Below, in pieces: positions 12,546-21,221 of a stretch of 42,011 bases of DNA. Position numbers and translations under genes: made by a program. The notes below the pieces were generated by a model. The model saw only the letters and a program-made list of their open reading frames with translations. It was not told the origin of the DNA and did not search any database. Source of the stretch: a virus; the IMG/VR virus record IMGVR_UViG_3300029558_000018; one strand, written 5' to 3'. Numbering within the stretch: position 1 is the first letter of the stretch; each line of letters starts with the position of its first letter.

Positions 12546-13374
12546 ACTGACCGCCGAATTTGTAACGAACGTTTTCGGGAAGAAGCTGTTCCGTATTAAG
12601 GCTCTCGTCGCTTTTGGCGACGTCGCGAAGGGAGAACTCGGCGGATTTATTGAGAAGGAAGGCAACCTCTCCAACGACGGTAATGCGTGGGTCTCCGGCG
12701 ATGCGTGGGTCTACGGAGATGCGCAGGTCTACGGCAATGCGTGGGTCTCCGGCAATGCGCAGGTCTCCGGCAATGCGTGGGTCTACGGAGATGCGCAGGT
12801 CTACGGCAATGCGTGGGTCTCCGGCAATGCGCAGGTCTCCGGCAATGTGCGGGTCTCCGGCGATGCGTGGGTCTACGGCAATGCGCGGGTCTTCGACAAT
12901 GCGTGGGTCTACGGCAATGCGCAGGTCTACGGCAATGCGTGGGTCTACGGAGATGCGCAGGTCTACGGCAATGCGTGGGTCTACGGAGATGCGCAGGTCT
13001 ACGGCAATGCGTGGGTCTCCGGCAATGCGCAGGTCTCCGGCAATGTGCGGGTCTACGGCAATGCGCAGGTCTCCGGCAATGCGCGGGTCTACGGCAATGC
13101 GCGGGTCTCCGGCGATGCGCAGGTCTCCGGCAATGCGGACTACGCCGTCGTTACAGGCTTTGGACGCTACTTCCGCGCGACTACATTTTTTCGCTGCAAG
13201 GATAAAATTCTCCGCGTGCAGTGCGGTTGCTTTTATGGTGATTTAGCGCAGTTCCGCAAAATCGTCAAGAAAACCCACGGCGACAGCAAATACGCCAAAG
13301 AGTACCTCGCAATCGCCGACTTGATGGAGTTTCATTTTTATGATGAGGAAGAAAATCAGGAGGCCGACGAATGA
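12532..13374 (+). CDS. Hexapeptide-repeat (left-handed beta-helix-like) protein of unknown function
   Basis: 280 aa, RBS GGAGG. It has 25 consecutive G-[ND]-A-x-V-[SY] hexads. The conserved-looking N-terminus is MKKFELT...FGDVAKGELGGFIEKEGNLS. The C-terminus is TTFFRCKD...VQCGCFYGDL..F...V.KTHG. Confidence 0.85.
   Translation: MKKFELTAEFVTNVFGKKLFRIKALVAFGDVAKGELGGFIEKEGNLSNDGNAWVSGDAWVYGDAQVYGNAWVSGNAQVSGNAWVYGDAQVYGNAWVSGNAQVSGNVRVSGDAWVYGNARVFDNAWVYGNAQVYGNAWVYGDAQVYGNAWVYGDAQVYGNAWVSGNAQVSGNVRVYGNAQVSGNARVYGNARVSGDAQVSGNADYAVVTGFGRYFRATTFFRCKDKILRVQCGCFYGDLAQFRKIVKKTHGDSKYAKEYLAIADLMEFHFYDEEENQEADE
12679..13128 (+). repeat. Tandem array of 25 x 18-nt units (GGCAATGCGTGGGTCTCC and variants)
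   Basis: Units were read directly. The 54-nt block 12715-12768 recurs exactly at 12787-12840. All three forward frames stay open across the array. Confidence 0.95.
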
Positions 13375-13586
13375 CTAGCTTTTGGGGTCATCAAGACAAC
13401 CCCTTTCCTCCTGCCGAACCCCGCCGCCCCCGCTGCCCGGTATGTGGCGAGGAATGCGAAGCAATTTACCTGATCGAAACGGAAATCATCGGCTGTGATA
13501 TGTGTTATAACCCCGACGACTTCCCCGGTGAGGATGTCCAAGAGGACGACCCATGGGAAGATTGCCGCTGTATGGAGGACTATTAA
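13371..13586 (+). CDS. Small zinc-ribbon protein with an acidic C-terminus
   Basis: CPVCGEEC...GCDMC. ATGA overlap with the upstream gene. Confidence 0.6.
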   Translation: MTSFWGHQDNPFPPAEPRRPRCPVCGEECEAIYLIETEIIGCDMCYNPDDFPGEDVQEDDPWEDCRCMEDY

Positions 13587-13919
13587 ATGACCATTGACGA
13601 CATCAGCGCCCTGAAACAGGCGCACGCGCTTTTGAAGGGGCGGCATCTTGCCGAGTTCATCCCCACTGGAAAGGGCATCAGCGCTTGCTATTTCAACGCC
13701 GTGCAGGCTGCCCGCCGCATCTATTCCGAGAGCATCGGCGCATTTGTACCGCTTTTCACAAAACATGAATACGGCCTGAACAGCACCTATTTTCTGGCAG
13801 ACAGCATTCCGGTCTACTACTATGACCTAAAAACCCGCAAGCCGGACACGGCCCTGCCGCCCGCCAGCTGCTACCGCATCCACCTCACCACCCCTGACCC
13901 GGAAGGAGAAGCAATCTAA
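13587..13919 (+). CDS. Hypothetical protein
   Basis: 110 aa, tightly packed in the early operon (stop/start TAATG overlap with the next gene). No motif recognised. Confidence 0.6.
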   Translation: MTIDDISALKQAHALLKGRHLAEFIPTGKGISACYFNAVQAARRIYSESIGAFVPLFTKHEYGLNSTYFLADSIPVYYYDLKTRKPDTALPPASCYRIHLTTPDPEGEAI

Positions 13920-14653
13920 TGGATAAAGAAATCAAGCGCCCCCGCGCTCTTACGGCGTCCGATGTAGAGTGCCGCGTTGCCACCTGTAAAGCTAGTGGCG
14001 TGTCTCTTCTGCTTTATAAAACCGCCCGCTGCGATATGCAGATTCTGGATGAAACCTATGGCCCTATGAACTGGCAGCGCCGCCATTCCCGCGACAATGC
14101 GAACTGCACCATTGCTGTCTGGGACGATGACAAAAAGCAGTGGGTGGAAAAAGAGGACACTGGCACAGAATCTAACACCGAAGCCGAAAAGGGCCTTGCG
14201 TCTGACAGCTTCAAACGAGCCGGGTTTAACTGGGGAATTGGGAGAGAACTGTATACAGCTCCCTTTATCTGGATTTCTGCCGCCAACGCCGATGTGGTCG
14301 ATTCTGGCCGTAAAGATAAATGGGGCAAACCGATTTATCAATGCAACACCCGCTTTTCCGTCACAGCTATGGATGTTAAGGGTGGCCGCATTACGGCGCT
14401 TACCATCGCCGCAAACGGAAAGACCGTATACAAAATGGGTAACGCCGAGCCCCAGCGCGACACCAACGCAGCCGCCGCCCGCCTTGCCGCCCGCGCCGAG
14501 TGCCAGCGTGCTGTCAAAGCCTACTGCCAGAAGAACAACGCCAATGAAGCTGATGCGTGGAAGCTCATCGCGGAAACCATCGGCAAACCCTCTAAGGATT
14601 TCACGGCAGAGGACTGGAAGCAGGGCCAGCAGATTGCAGAGGCGTGGAAATGA
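13919..14653 (+). CDS. Rad52-like single-strand annealing protein
   Basis: EKGLASDSFKRAGFNWGIGRELY matches the Rad52/Sak-type signature (ASDAxKRA...GIGRxLY) as I recall it. Confidence 0.75.
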   Translation: MDKEIKRPRALTASDVECRVATCKASGVSLLLYKTARCDMQILDETYGPMNWQRRHSRDNANCTIAVWDDDKKQWVEKEDTGTESNTEAEKGLASDSFKRAGFNWGIGRELYTAPFIWISAANADVVDSGRKDKWGKPIYQCNTRFSVTAMDVKGGRITALTIAANGKTVYKMGNAEPQRDTNAAAARLAARAECQRAVKAYCQKNNANEADAWKLIAETIGKPSKDFTAEDWKQGQQIAEAWK

Positions 14654-15201
14654 AGCAACAAATCTCCATCAAGACGGCCGTTGTTATCGGCAACACAATC
14701 ACGCTGGAATGTTCCCCCACAGACTGCGATAAAGCCCGCGCCGTTATTGATGAGGGCAAGCCCCTTGCCGCCGTAATCGGCACGGCCTCACAAAAGCGCA
14801 GTCTCTCGGCCAACGCTTACGCCTGGGCGCTCATGAACCAGCTTGCCGCTAAAATCAACCGCCCTGTGCTGGACATCTACCGCGATTTGATACGCGACAT
14901 TGGCGGCAGTTCCGCCCTTGTCACCCTCCGCGCCGATGCTGCAAGGGCATTCAAAAACGGTTGGGAGAGCAAGGGCGATGGCTGGCAGGTCCATAAGCTC
15001 GATGAAATGACTACCCCGCAGGGAACCTTCTACAATTTGCAATGCTGGTACGGTTCTTCCCAGTTCGACCCCTCACAGATGCACCGCCTCATTGAACTGA
15101 TTGTGCAGGAATGCCAGCAACAGGGTATCCCCACCATGACCCCGGAAGAAATCGCAAAACTGAAAGGACTGACAGAAGATGCGCCGACCGACACGCAATG
15201 A
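14650..15201 (+). CDS. NinB/Orf-like recombination mediator (putative)
   Basis: KRSLSANAYAWALMNQL resembles the lambda NinB segment RSLDQNRKLWACL. Sits between the annealase and SSB. ATGA overlap with the upstream gene. Confidence 0.5.
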   Translation: MKQQISIKTAVVIGNTITLECSPTDCDKARAVIDEGKPLAAVIGTASQKRSLSANAYAWALMNQLAAKINRPVLDIYRDLIRDIGGSSALVTLRADAARAFKNGWESKGDGWQVHKLDEMTTPQGTFYNLQCWYGSSQFDPSQMHRLIELIVQECQQQGIPTMTPEEIAKLKGLTEDAPTDTQ

Positions 15202-15550
15202 ATACGGCGTTCAGCTTGACCGAAACGGTTATGCGCCATCTATTATGCCCATTGATGGTTTTAAATGCTACAAATGCCAGCAATGGAAACCGACCGAGCG
15301 CCATGAAATCTTTTTTGGTAGCGGAAGTAAATACAATGGCAGCCGCGATAAAAGCAAGCAATACGGGCTTTGGGTTCCTCTATGTGCAGATTGCCATAGA
15401 AACGCGCCTGACGCTGTACATAACTGTGCTGCTACGCGGCTGCGACTTGAACAAGATGGCCAGCGCCATGCAATGGCCTACTACCACTGGACGATATCTG
15501 ACTTCCGCCGCCGCTTCTATAAAAACTATCTCGATATTACGGAGGACTAG
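15179..15550 (+). CDS. HNH/zinc-finger nuclease-like protein
   Basis: CYKC...ERHEIFFGSG...YGLWVPLCADCHRN is a beta-beta-alpha-metal-like pattern. Confidence 0.5.
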   Translation: MRRPTRNEYGVQLDRNGYAPSIMPIDGFKCYKCQQWKPTERHEIFFGSGSKYNGSRDKSKQYGLWVPLCADCHRNAPDAVHNCAATRLRLEQDGQRHAMAYYHWTISDFRRRFYKNYLDITED

Positions 15551-15553
15551 CCT

Positions 15554-15991
15554 ATGTTGAATGTTGTTGCTATTATTGGCCGCATGGTCAAAGACCCGGA
15601 ACTCAAAACCACGAACAGCGGCAAGTCCGTCTGCTCTTTCCGCATCGCCAACGATTCCGGCCATAAGGATGCCAGCGGCCAGAGCCAAACGAACTGGCTC
15701 GATGTCACCGCCTGGGGCAAGACTGCCGAATTCATCTGCAAATATTTCCCCAAAGGTGCGCTGATCGCCATTGATGGCCGCTTGCAGACGCGCCAGTATC
15801 AGGACAAGAACGGCCAGAACCGCACAGCCGTTGAAATCGTGGCCCAGAACGCGAGTTTCTGCGGCAGTAAAAGTACCAGCCCTGCCCCGCAGAACGCCGC
15901 ACAGCGCCCCGCAGCCCCATCACAGCGCACGCAGGGCGAACCAGATGCAGACTATGCCCTTATTGAGGACGAGGGCGATTTGCCGGTCTGA
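15554..15991 (+). CDS. ssb: Single-stranded DNA-binding protein
   Basis: The OB-fold N-terminus MLNVVAIIGRMVKDPELKTT...WLDVTAWGKTAE...GRLQTRQYQDKNGQNRTAVEIVA is followed by a P/Q/A-rich linker and the acidic tip EDEGDLPV. Confidence 0.93.
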   Translation: MLNVVAIIGRMVKDPELKTTNSGKSVCSFRIANDSGHKDASGQSQTNWLDVTAWGKTAEFICKYFPKGALIAIDGRLQTRQYQDKNGQNRTAVEIVAQNASFCGSKSTSPAPQNAAQRPAAPSQRTQGEPDADYALIEDEGDLPV

Positions 15992-16000
15992 GGTGTTGCC

Positions 16001-16243
16001 ATGAATGACGAGAAAGAAAAGAAAGAACGCATCCCCTCCCAGATAGACCGGATTTTAGCCGTGCTGGAATCCGGCGGCACACTTACCTCCCTGGACGCGC
16101 TGGAAGATTTCGGGTGCAGCCGCCTTGCGTCCCGCATCACCGACCTCAAACGGAAAGGCTACCCGGTAGCCTCCCGCATGGTCACCCGCCGCAATCGCTA
16201 TGGTCGGCTTTGCCGTGTCGCGGAGTATTACATGGAGTGTTGA
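16001..16243 (+). CDS. Small winged-helix DNA-binding protein
   Basis: 80 aa. LASRITDLKRKGYPVASRMVTRRNRYGRLCRVAEY is typical of a wHTH. Confidence 0.55.
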   Translation: MNDEKEKKERIPSQIDRILAVLESGGTLTSLDALEDFGCSRLASRITDLKRKGYPVASRMVTRRNRYGRLCRVAEYYMEC

Positions 16244-16246
16244 AAA

Positions 16247-16903
16247 ATGGCAAACGAGGGTTACATAAAACTGTACCGCCGCATGATGAAGTGGGGCTGG
16301 TATACCGATACCCCCACAAAATGCGTGTTTCTGCACTTGCTGTTTCTTTCTTGCTATGAGCCGTGCTACTACAAAGGCGTCCAACTAGAACCCGGTCAGG
16401 CCGTTTCCTCTATCCGTCAAATTTCAACAGATACTGGTATAAGTGTTCAATCCGTTCGTACTGCCTTAAACCATCTAAAATCAACACAAGAAATAACACA
16501 GTGCGAGCATGGGAAATTTAGCGTATTTACGGTAACTAATTACAGCGATTACCAATGCGCTAACACAGAAGCTAACAAACAGGTAACACAGAACCAACAC
16601 AGTGCTAACACAGACCCTTATATAAAGAAGAATAAAGAAGTTAAGAATACCCCCTATAATCCCCCACAGGGGGACGAGGGTGTGCCCGTTTCAAAGCGGT
16701 TTGTTCCCCCTACGCCTGAAGAAGTCAACTCTTATTGCCGGGAACGAAACAACGGCATTGACGGCAGCGAATTCTGCGACTTCTACACAAGCAAGGGTTG
16801 GAAGGTAGGCAAGAACCAAATGAAAGACTGGAAAGCCGCAGTGCGCACATGGGAGCGCAGCCGCAAACAGACGGCCCAGCCGGAAAGGAAGTGGATCGAT
16901 TGA
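16247..16903 (+). CDS. Replisome organizer / replication initiator
   Basis: N-terminal wHTH-like domain. The C-terminal segment FCDFYTSKGWKVGKNQMKDWKAAVRTWE is typical of phage replisome-organizer C-termini. Internal iterons are present. Confidence 0.75.
   Translation: MANEGYIKLYRRMMKWGWYTDTPTKCVFLHLLFLSCYEPCYYKGVQLEPGQAVSSIRQISTDTGISVQSVRTALNHLKSTQEITQCEHGKFSVFTVTNYSDYQCANTEANKQVTQNQHSANTDPYIKKNKEVKNTPYNPPQGDEGVPVSKRFVPPTPEEVNSYCRERNNGIDGSEFCDFYTSKGWKVGKNQMKDWKAAVRTWERSRKQTAQPERKWID
16495..16613 (+). repeat. Iterons (AACACAG x5 plus variants), candidate replication origin inside the organizer gene
   Basis: AACACAG at 16495, 16562, 16585, 16596 and 16607, plus AACAAACAG at 16573. The last five sites recur every 11-12 bp in a locally AT-richer stretch. 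Confidence 0.6.
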
Positions 16904-18078
16904 ACCCCACACCGGAACAATGCGTTATCGGCGCAATGGTCTACGCGCCGGACAGCATCCTCTACTGCATCGACCACCTAAGTGAAAGCGATTTCGCGGA
17001 CGGTGCCTGCGCCGCCACATTCTCCGAGATAAAATCCATGTACACCACACGCGGGTACTTCGCACAGGATGACTATGTGCTTATGAAGAACCGCGAGACT
17101 GCCGCAGTATGCGCTGCATTGCTCCCCTCTATCAGCGGTTACCGCAAATTCGTTGCCGCTGTCAAGGATGCCTCTCAGCGCCGCAGAGCCGCCAGAATTG
17201 GCCTTCAAATTGCAGAAGCCGGAAAGAGTGTCGATGACATGCGCGGCCTGTCTGCGGCCCTCTCTGACGTTCTCACAGAGGACAGCGTCGATAACCGCTG
17301 CATGACCGTTGCAGAGGTCGCAGGTAAGTGGCTCATAGAGCAAAACGACAAGACAGACCGCAGCATCAAGACCGGACTCAGCGCGCTGGATAGGCGCTGC
17401 TCTATCCGCCCCGGGCAGATGGTCGTTGTCGGCGGCAGGCCGAGTGCAGGCAAGACTGCACTCGGTTTGCAGATGGCATTGCAATTTGCCAAGGACGGCA
17501 AAAAGGTCTGCTTCTTCTCCTATGAGACAGACCAGGTCGGCTTGTTTGATAAGCTTATTTCCTGCTTTGCCCTTATCCCGATGGAGGAGATCGTCTTTAA
17601 GCGACGCGCCCCACAGGATGAAGAATACGCCAAGGCGTGCGCAACTATCAGCAGCCTGCCGCTATGGCTCATCAATGCAGGCGGTCAAAATGTCGCATGG
17701 GTATCTGCTACCGCAGCCGCCAAGCAGGCGGATGTCATCATCGTGGATTATCTACAGCTGATTCCCGGCAGGGGCAACAGCCGGTATGAGGTGGTCACAA
17801 ACATTTCAATGCAGCTGCACACCCTGGCCCAGACAACAGGCCGACTTGTAGTGGCGCTTGCTCAGATAAACCGCGGCGGCGTGGACGCACCGAAGGTGCA
17901 AGACCTAAAAGAATCCGGCCAGATAGAGCAGGACGCAGATGCAATCATCCTTTTGGGCAAAGGCGAAACTGAATACTATTTCTCCCTTGCCAAGAATAAG
18001 CGCGGCATTACAGGCGATTTGCACATTGCCTTTGACGGAAACTATCAACGATTTATGGAGATGACGGACTATGACTGA
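16900..18078 (+). CDS. dnaB: Replicative DNA helicase (DnaB family)
   Basis: Walker A GGRPSAGKTALGLQMA, Walker B IIVDYLQLI, and LAQINRG. The likely TTG start at 16900 follows GGAAAGGAAG. The ORF track extends it to 16798. Confidence 0.92.
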   Translation: MNPTPEQCVIGAMVYAPDSILYCIDHLSESDFADGACAATFSEIKSMYTTRGYFAQDDYVLMKNRETAAVCAALLPSISGYRKFVAAVKDASQRRRAARIGLQIAEAGKSVDDMRGLSAALSDVLTEDSVDNRCMTVAEVAGKWLIEQNDKTDRSIKTGLSALDRRCSIRPGQMVVVGGRPSAGKTALGLQMALQFAKDGKKVCFFSYETDQVGLFDKLISCFALIPMEEIVFKRRAPQDEEYAKACATISSLPLWLINAGGQNVAWVSATAAAKQADVIIVDYLQLIPGRGNSRYEVVTNISMQLHTLAQTTGRLVVALAQINRGGVDAPKVQDLKESGQIEQDADAIILLGKGETEYYFSLAKNKRGITGDLHIAFDGNYQRFMEMTDYD

Positions 18079-18229
18079 TAAAGATTTTCTGCTCAAGCTT
18101 GCGTTTGCCGAGCTTGCCTATGCAGCCAACCTGCACAGCGCAGCTAAAGAGAAACTTGAAAAGGCCACTGTTATTATGGACAGCGCGCAAAAGCACCTGC
18201 AAGAGGCCCTGCACGCCGATGAAGTATGA
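18071..18229 (+). CDS. Small helical hypothetical protein (52 aa)
   Basis: The ATG overlaps the dnaB stop. It is below the ORF-track cutoff and was read by hand. Confidence 0.4.
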   Translation: MTDKDFLLKLAFAELAYAANLHSAAKEKLEKATVIMDSAQKHLQEALHADEV

Positions 18230-18404
18230 AATCATCACCTATTCCCGCTCTACCGGCGACATCACCCACTCCAAGCGCCTGTATTCCACACGTTGGAACG
18301 CCGAAGCCGCCCTGCGCACCGCAGGTTACACCCAAAATCTCCGCCTGCCGGACATCTGGTACAGCGAGAAGTACTACGCGAAAGTAAAGGAGATTGTACC
18401 GTGA
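18219..18404 (+). CDS. Small hypothetical protein (61 aa)
   Basis: Internal ATG of ORF 18099-18404; overlaps both neighbours (coupled). Confidence 0.45.
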   Translation: MKYEIITYSRSTGDITHSKRLYSTRWNAEAALRTAGYTQNLRLPDIWYSEKYYAKVKEIVP

Positions 18405-19081
18405 AAGTATTAGTTGCCTGTGAAGAATCGCAGACAGTCTGCAAGGCGTTCCGAGAACGCGGACATGAAGCGTACAGCTGCGATATTCAGGAACCATCGG
18501 GAGGACACCCGGAATGGCATATTTTAGGCGATGCCATGAAAGCAATCGAGGGGGGGCAAATCGTAACGATGGACGGCAAGGCTCATGATGTAGGCAAGTG
18601 GGATTTGCTGATTGCACACCCGCCTTGCACGTATCTTAGTAATGTTGCCACGCGCAGTTTTTCCCTACGATGTACACCTTCAGAAAAAGTGGTTGCACGT
18701 TGGGCTGAAAGAGCCAAGGGCGCTGTGTTTTTTATGCAATTCTTAACAGCAAACGCAGAACGAATTGCAATAGAAAACCCTGTCGGGTTTATGAATACAG
18801 CATATCGCAAGCCAGACCAAACGATTTCTCCGTATATGTTCGCAAAATCTACAGATGACACGGAAAATTACGTCACAAAAGCAACGTCATTATGGCTTGT
18901 CAATCTTCCGCTGCTGCGCGGGACCGGTTTGCCAAAGCCAGACAACGCCGCAATGTTTGGTGTGACGCCGAGCGGAAAAGCAAGAACATGGGAAGACACT
19001 TTCAGCCGCTCGGCAAAAGTGAGGAGCAAAACATTCCCCGGCATCGCCGCCGCAATGGCAGAACAGTGGGGCAGTTTATGA
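18401..19081 (+). CDS. C5-cytosine-MTase-like protein
   Basis: GTG start after AAAGGAG. IAHPPCTYLS (PC motif IV) and IENP (ENV-like motif VI). The N-terminus VLVACEESQ replaces the FxGxG motif. Confidence 0.55.
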   Translation: MKVLVACEESQTVCKAFRERGHEAYSCDIQEPSGGHPEWHILGDAMKAIEGGQIVTMDGKAHDVGKWDLLIAHPPCTYLSNVATRSFSLRCTPSEKVVARWAERAKGAVFFMQFLTANAERIAIENPVGFMNTAYRKPDQTISPYMFAKSTDDTENYVTKATSLWLVNLPLLRGTGLPKPDNAAMFGVTPSGKARTWEDTFSRSAKVRSKTFPGIAAAMAEQWGSL

Positions 19082-19491
19082 TCCAAAAATACATTATCTC
19101 CCTGCCCCCCATCACCAAAAAGAACTCCCAGCAGATATTTACCAACCACCGCACCGGAAAGCCGTTCATCGCCCCCAGCAGGCAGTACAAGAAGTACGAA
19201 CAGGCCGCTATGTGGTATCTTACCCCCAAGCCGAAAGCCCCGCTGTCAGGCCGCTACCGCGTCGCCACGGTATTCTATATGCCGACCCGCCGCAAAGTAG
19301 ACCTCACGAACTTGATGGAGGCTGCCCATGACACCCTTGTCGCCGCCAAAATCCTTGCAGACGACAACAACACCATCATCGCCAGCGTAGACGGTTCCCG
19401 CGTGCTGTACGACAAATCCAACCCCCGCACCGAAATTTTCATTGAAGAATTGGAGGATGAAGCAGATGCCCATCTGCGAACTTTACCATGA
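19078..19491 (+). CDS. rusA: RusA-family Holliday junction resolvase
   Basis: LPPITKKNS...VDLTNLMEAAHDTLVAAKILADDNNTII...PRTEIFIEEL. ATGA overlap with the upstream gene. Confidence 0.85.
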   Translation: MIQKYIISLPPITKKNSQQIFTNHRTGKPFIAPSRQYKKYEQAAMWYLTPKPKAPLSGRYRVATVFYMPTRRKVDLTNLMEAAHDTLVAAKILADDNNTIIASVDGSRVLYDKSNPRTEIFIEELEDEADAHLRTLP

Positions 19492-20242
19492 TAATTTTCA
19501 AAACTACAAGTGCTACGGCATTCCACACGCCCAGCTTGTAATTGCTGATATTCCCTATAACATCGGGGCCGATGCCTACGCCAGCAATCCGGTGTGGTAC
19601 AACGGCGGTGACAACAAAAACGGCGAGAGCAAACTTGCCAAAAAGAACTTTTTCAACACAGATGGCCGTTTCAAAATTGCAGAGTATATGCACTTTTGCT
19701 CCAAACTGCTTGTCAAAGAGCCGAAGGAACGCGGCAAGGCCCCGGCCATGATTGTGTTCTGCGCGTTTGAGCAAATGCAGGAAATCGCTGAATGGGGAAA
19801 AAAGTACGGATTCATGAAATCCTACCCGCTGTTTTTCGTAAAAAACTACTCTGCCCAAGTGCTCAAAGCCAATATGCGTATCGTCGGTGCGACTGAGTTC
19901 GCCGTCGTGCTCTACCGCGACAAGCTACCCAAATTCAACGGCGGCGGCCACATGGTTTATAACTGGTTCGAGTGGCGGCGCGATTCCGGCAAGGAATACC
20001 CCAAAATTCATCCCGCCCAAAAGCCAGTAAACCTGCTGAAACGCCTAATTGAAATTTTCACAGACCCCGGCGATGTTGTGATTGACCCCTGCGCCGGTTC
20101 CGGTTCTACGCTCCGCGCAGCCTATGAATGCGGGCGCGACAGCTACGGTTTTGAGGTTGACCGCAATTTTTACGCCCTCGCCAAAGAAAAAATGCTCGAC
20201 TTTTCCCAAGAGCAAATGACGTTGGAGCAAATCGCAACATGA
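19466..20242 (+). CDS. N4/N6 DNA methyltransferase (beta class)
   Basis: ADIPYNIG (DPPY-type motif IV) lies N-terminal to VIDPCAGSGSTLRAA (motif I). The ATG at 19466 follows TGGAGGA. Confidence 0.85.
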   Translation: MPICELYHDNFQNYKCYGIPHAQLVIADIPYNIGADAYASNPVWYNGGDNKNGESKLAKKNFFNTDGRFKIAEYMHFCSKLLVKEPKERGKAPAMIVFCAFEQMQEIAEWGKKYGFMKSYPLFFVKNYSAQVLKANMRIVGATEFAVVLYRDKLPKFNGGGHMVYNWFEWRRDSGKEYPKIHPAQKPVNLLKRLIEIFTDPGDVVIDPCAGSGSTLRAAYECGRDSYGFEVDRNFYALAKEKMLDFSQEQMTLEQIAT

Positions 20243-20264
20243 AAAAACAGAGGAAGCGTAACCC

Positions 20265-20594
20265 ATGAAAGCCAGACTTCATCCCACCCCGGCCATGCAG
20301 AAGGCCATAGACGCCTATGCAGAAGCTAAAATTCAGGGCATTCAGAGCCGTGCGCAGGAAGCTGTCATGAAGGAGCGCAACGACATTGCAACTCGCGCCA
20401 CTTATCTGTGTCTGCTGGCGTGCTATCAGGTCGGTCTTTCTCCCCGCACCCTGAAACGGATTCAGGATGCGATGACCGGCCCCGTTGCTGATAAATACAA
20501 CGAGTACCGCAATGACCAGCTTGCCGACCTCTGGGCGCAGGTAACGCTGCAAAGCATTGGCATTGAAGCACCCAAAACAAAGGAGTCGCTATGA
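20265..20594 (+). CDS. Hypothetical protein
   Basis: 109 aa, RBS AGAGGAAG. Confidence 0.6.
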   Translation: MKARLHPTPAMQKAIDAYAEAKIQGIQSRAQEAVMKERNDIATRATYLCLLACYQVGLSPRTLKRIQDAMTGPVADKYNEYRNDQLADLWAQVTLQSIGIEAPKTKESL

Positions 20595-20872
20595 CCACAA
20601 CAAAATTCTGCAAGACCTGCGGGAAAATCATGTGGGATGTTCAGCCCACAAAGCGCTATTGCGATGCCTGCATCCGCAAGCGCAATATCAAAAGCGCGCA
20701 GGTATCCTACCAGCGCCGCAAGGATGCCGGTGCTTTGAAAAAATGCAAGAAACCCGCCGCGCATCCCGCCCTGAAGAAAACCATAAAATCCATTGAACAA
20801 TGTACTCGCGAAGCCGACGCCCATGGCCTGACCTATGGGCAGTATGTAGCCCGCGGGCTGGATAAGGAGTGA
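20591..20872 (+). CDS. Zinc-ribbon protein with a basic tail
   Basis: FCKTCGKIM...YCDACIRKRN. Confidence 0.6.
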   Translation: MTTTKFCKTCGKIMWDVQPTKRYCDACIRKRNIKSAQVSYQRRKDAGALKKCKKPAAHPALKKTIKSIEQCTREADAHGLTYGQYVARGLDKE

Positions 20873-20876
20873 GACT

Positions 20877-21221
20877 ATGGACGCAGTTGAATATGTAAAA
20901 ACTCTACATAGATTGTGCAAAAGCCAAAACGGCTGTTTTGAATGTGTATTGGAAAGCGAATGTGGTTGTATTGCAGCTGCAAGCAGATATGATAAAAACG
21001 CTGTGCCGATTGTTGAGGAATGGGCAAAAGAACATCCCACAAAGACGCGCCAGAACGAGTTTTTGAAAATGTTCCCGAATGCACTGAAAAGTGGACGTGT
21101 GCTCGATATTTGTCCGCGAACTGTTAATACAGAATACATGCCACCGAAAAGATGCGAAAATATTTCTTGTAGTGTTTGCAAAACAGACTACTGGAACGAG
21201 GAGGTAACAGACAATGACTAA
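20877..21221 (+). CDS. Cys-rich hypothetical protein
   Basis: 114 aa, RBS AAGGAG, multiple Cys residues. Confidence 0.55.
   Translation: MDAVEYVKTLHRLCKSQNGCFECVLESECGCIAAASRYDKNAVPIVEEWAKEHPTKTRQNEFLKMFPNALKSGRVLDICPRTVNTEYMPPKRCENISCSVCKTDYWNEEVTDND

Noticed and set aside
12679-13128. CRISPR array
   Set aside because: The 18-nt units are contiguous with no spacers, lie inside a well-supported ORF, and keep a coding hexad periodicity.
12614-13246. Alternative-frame ORFs across the 18-nt tandem array (MRGSPAMRRSPA... and CAGLRQCVGLRR...)
   Set aside because: They stay open only because the repeat unit lacks stop codons in all forward frames. They have no RBS. The GNAxVx frame has the proper RBS and conserved flanking domains.
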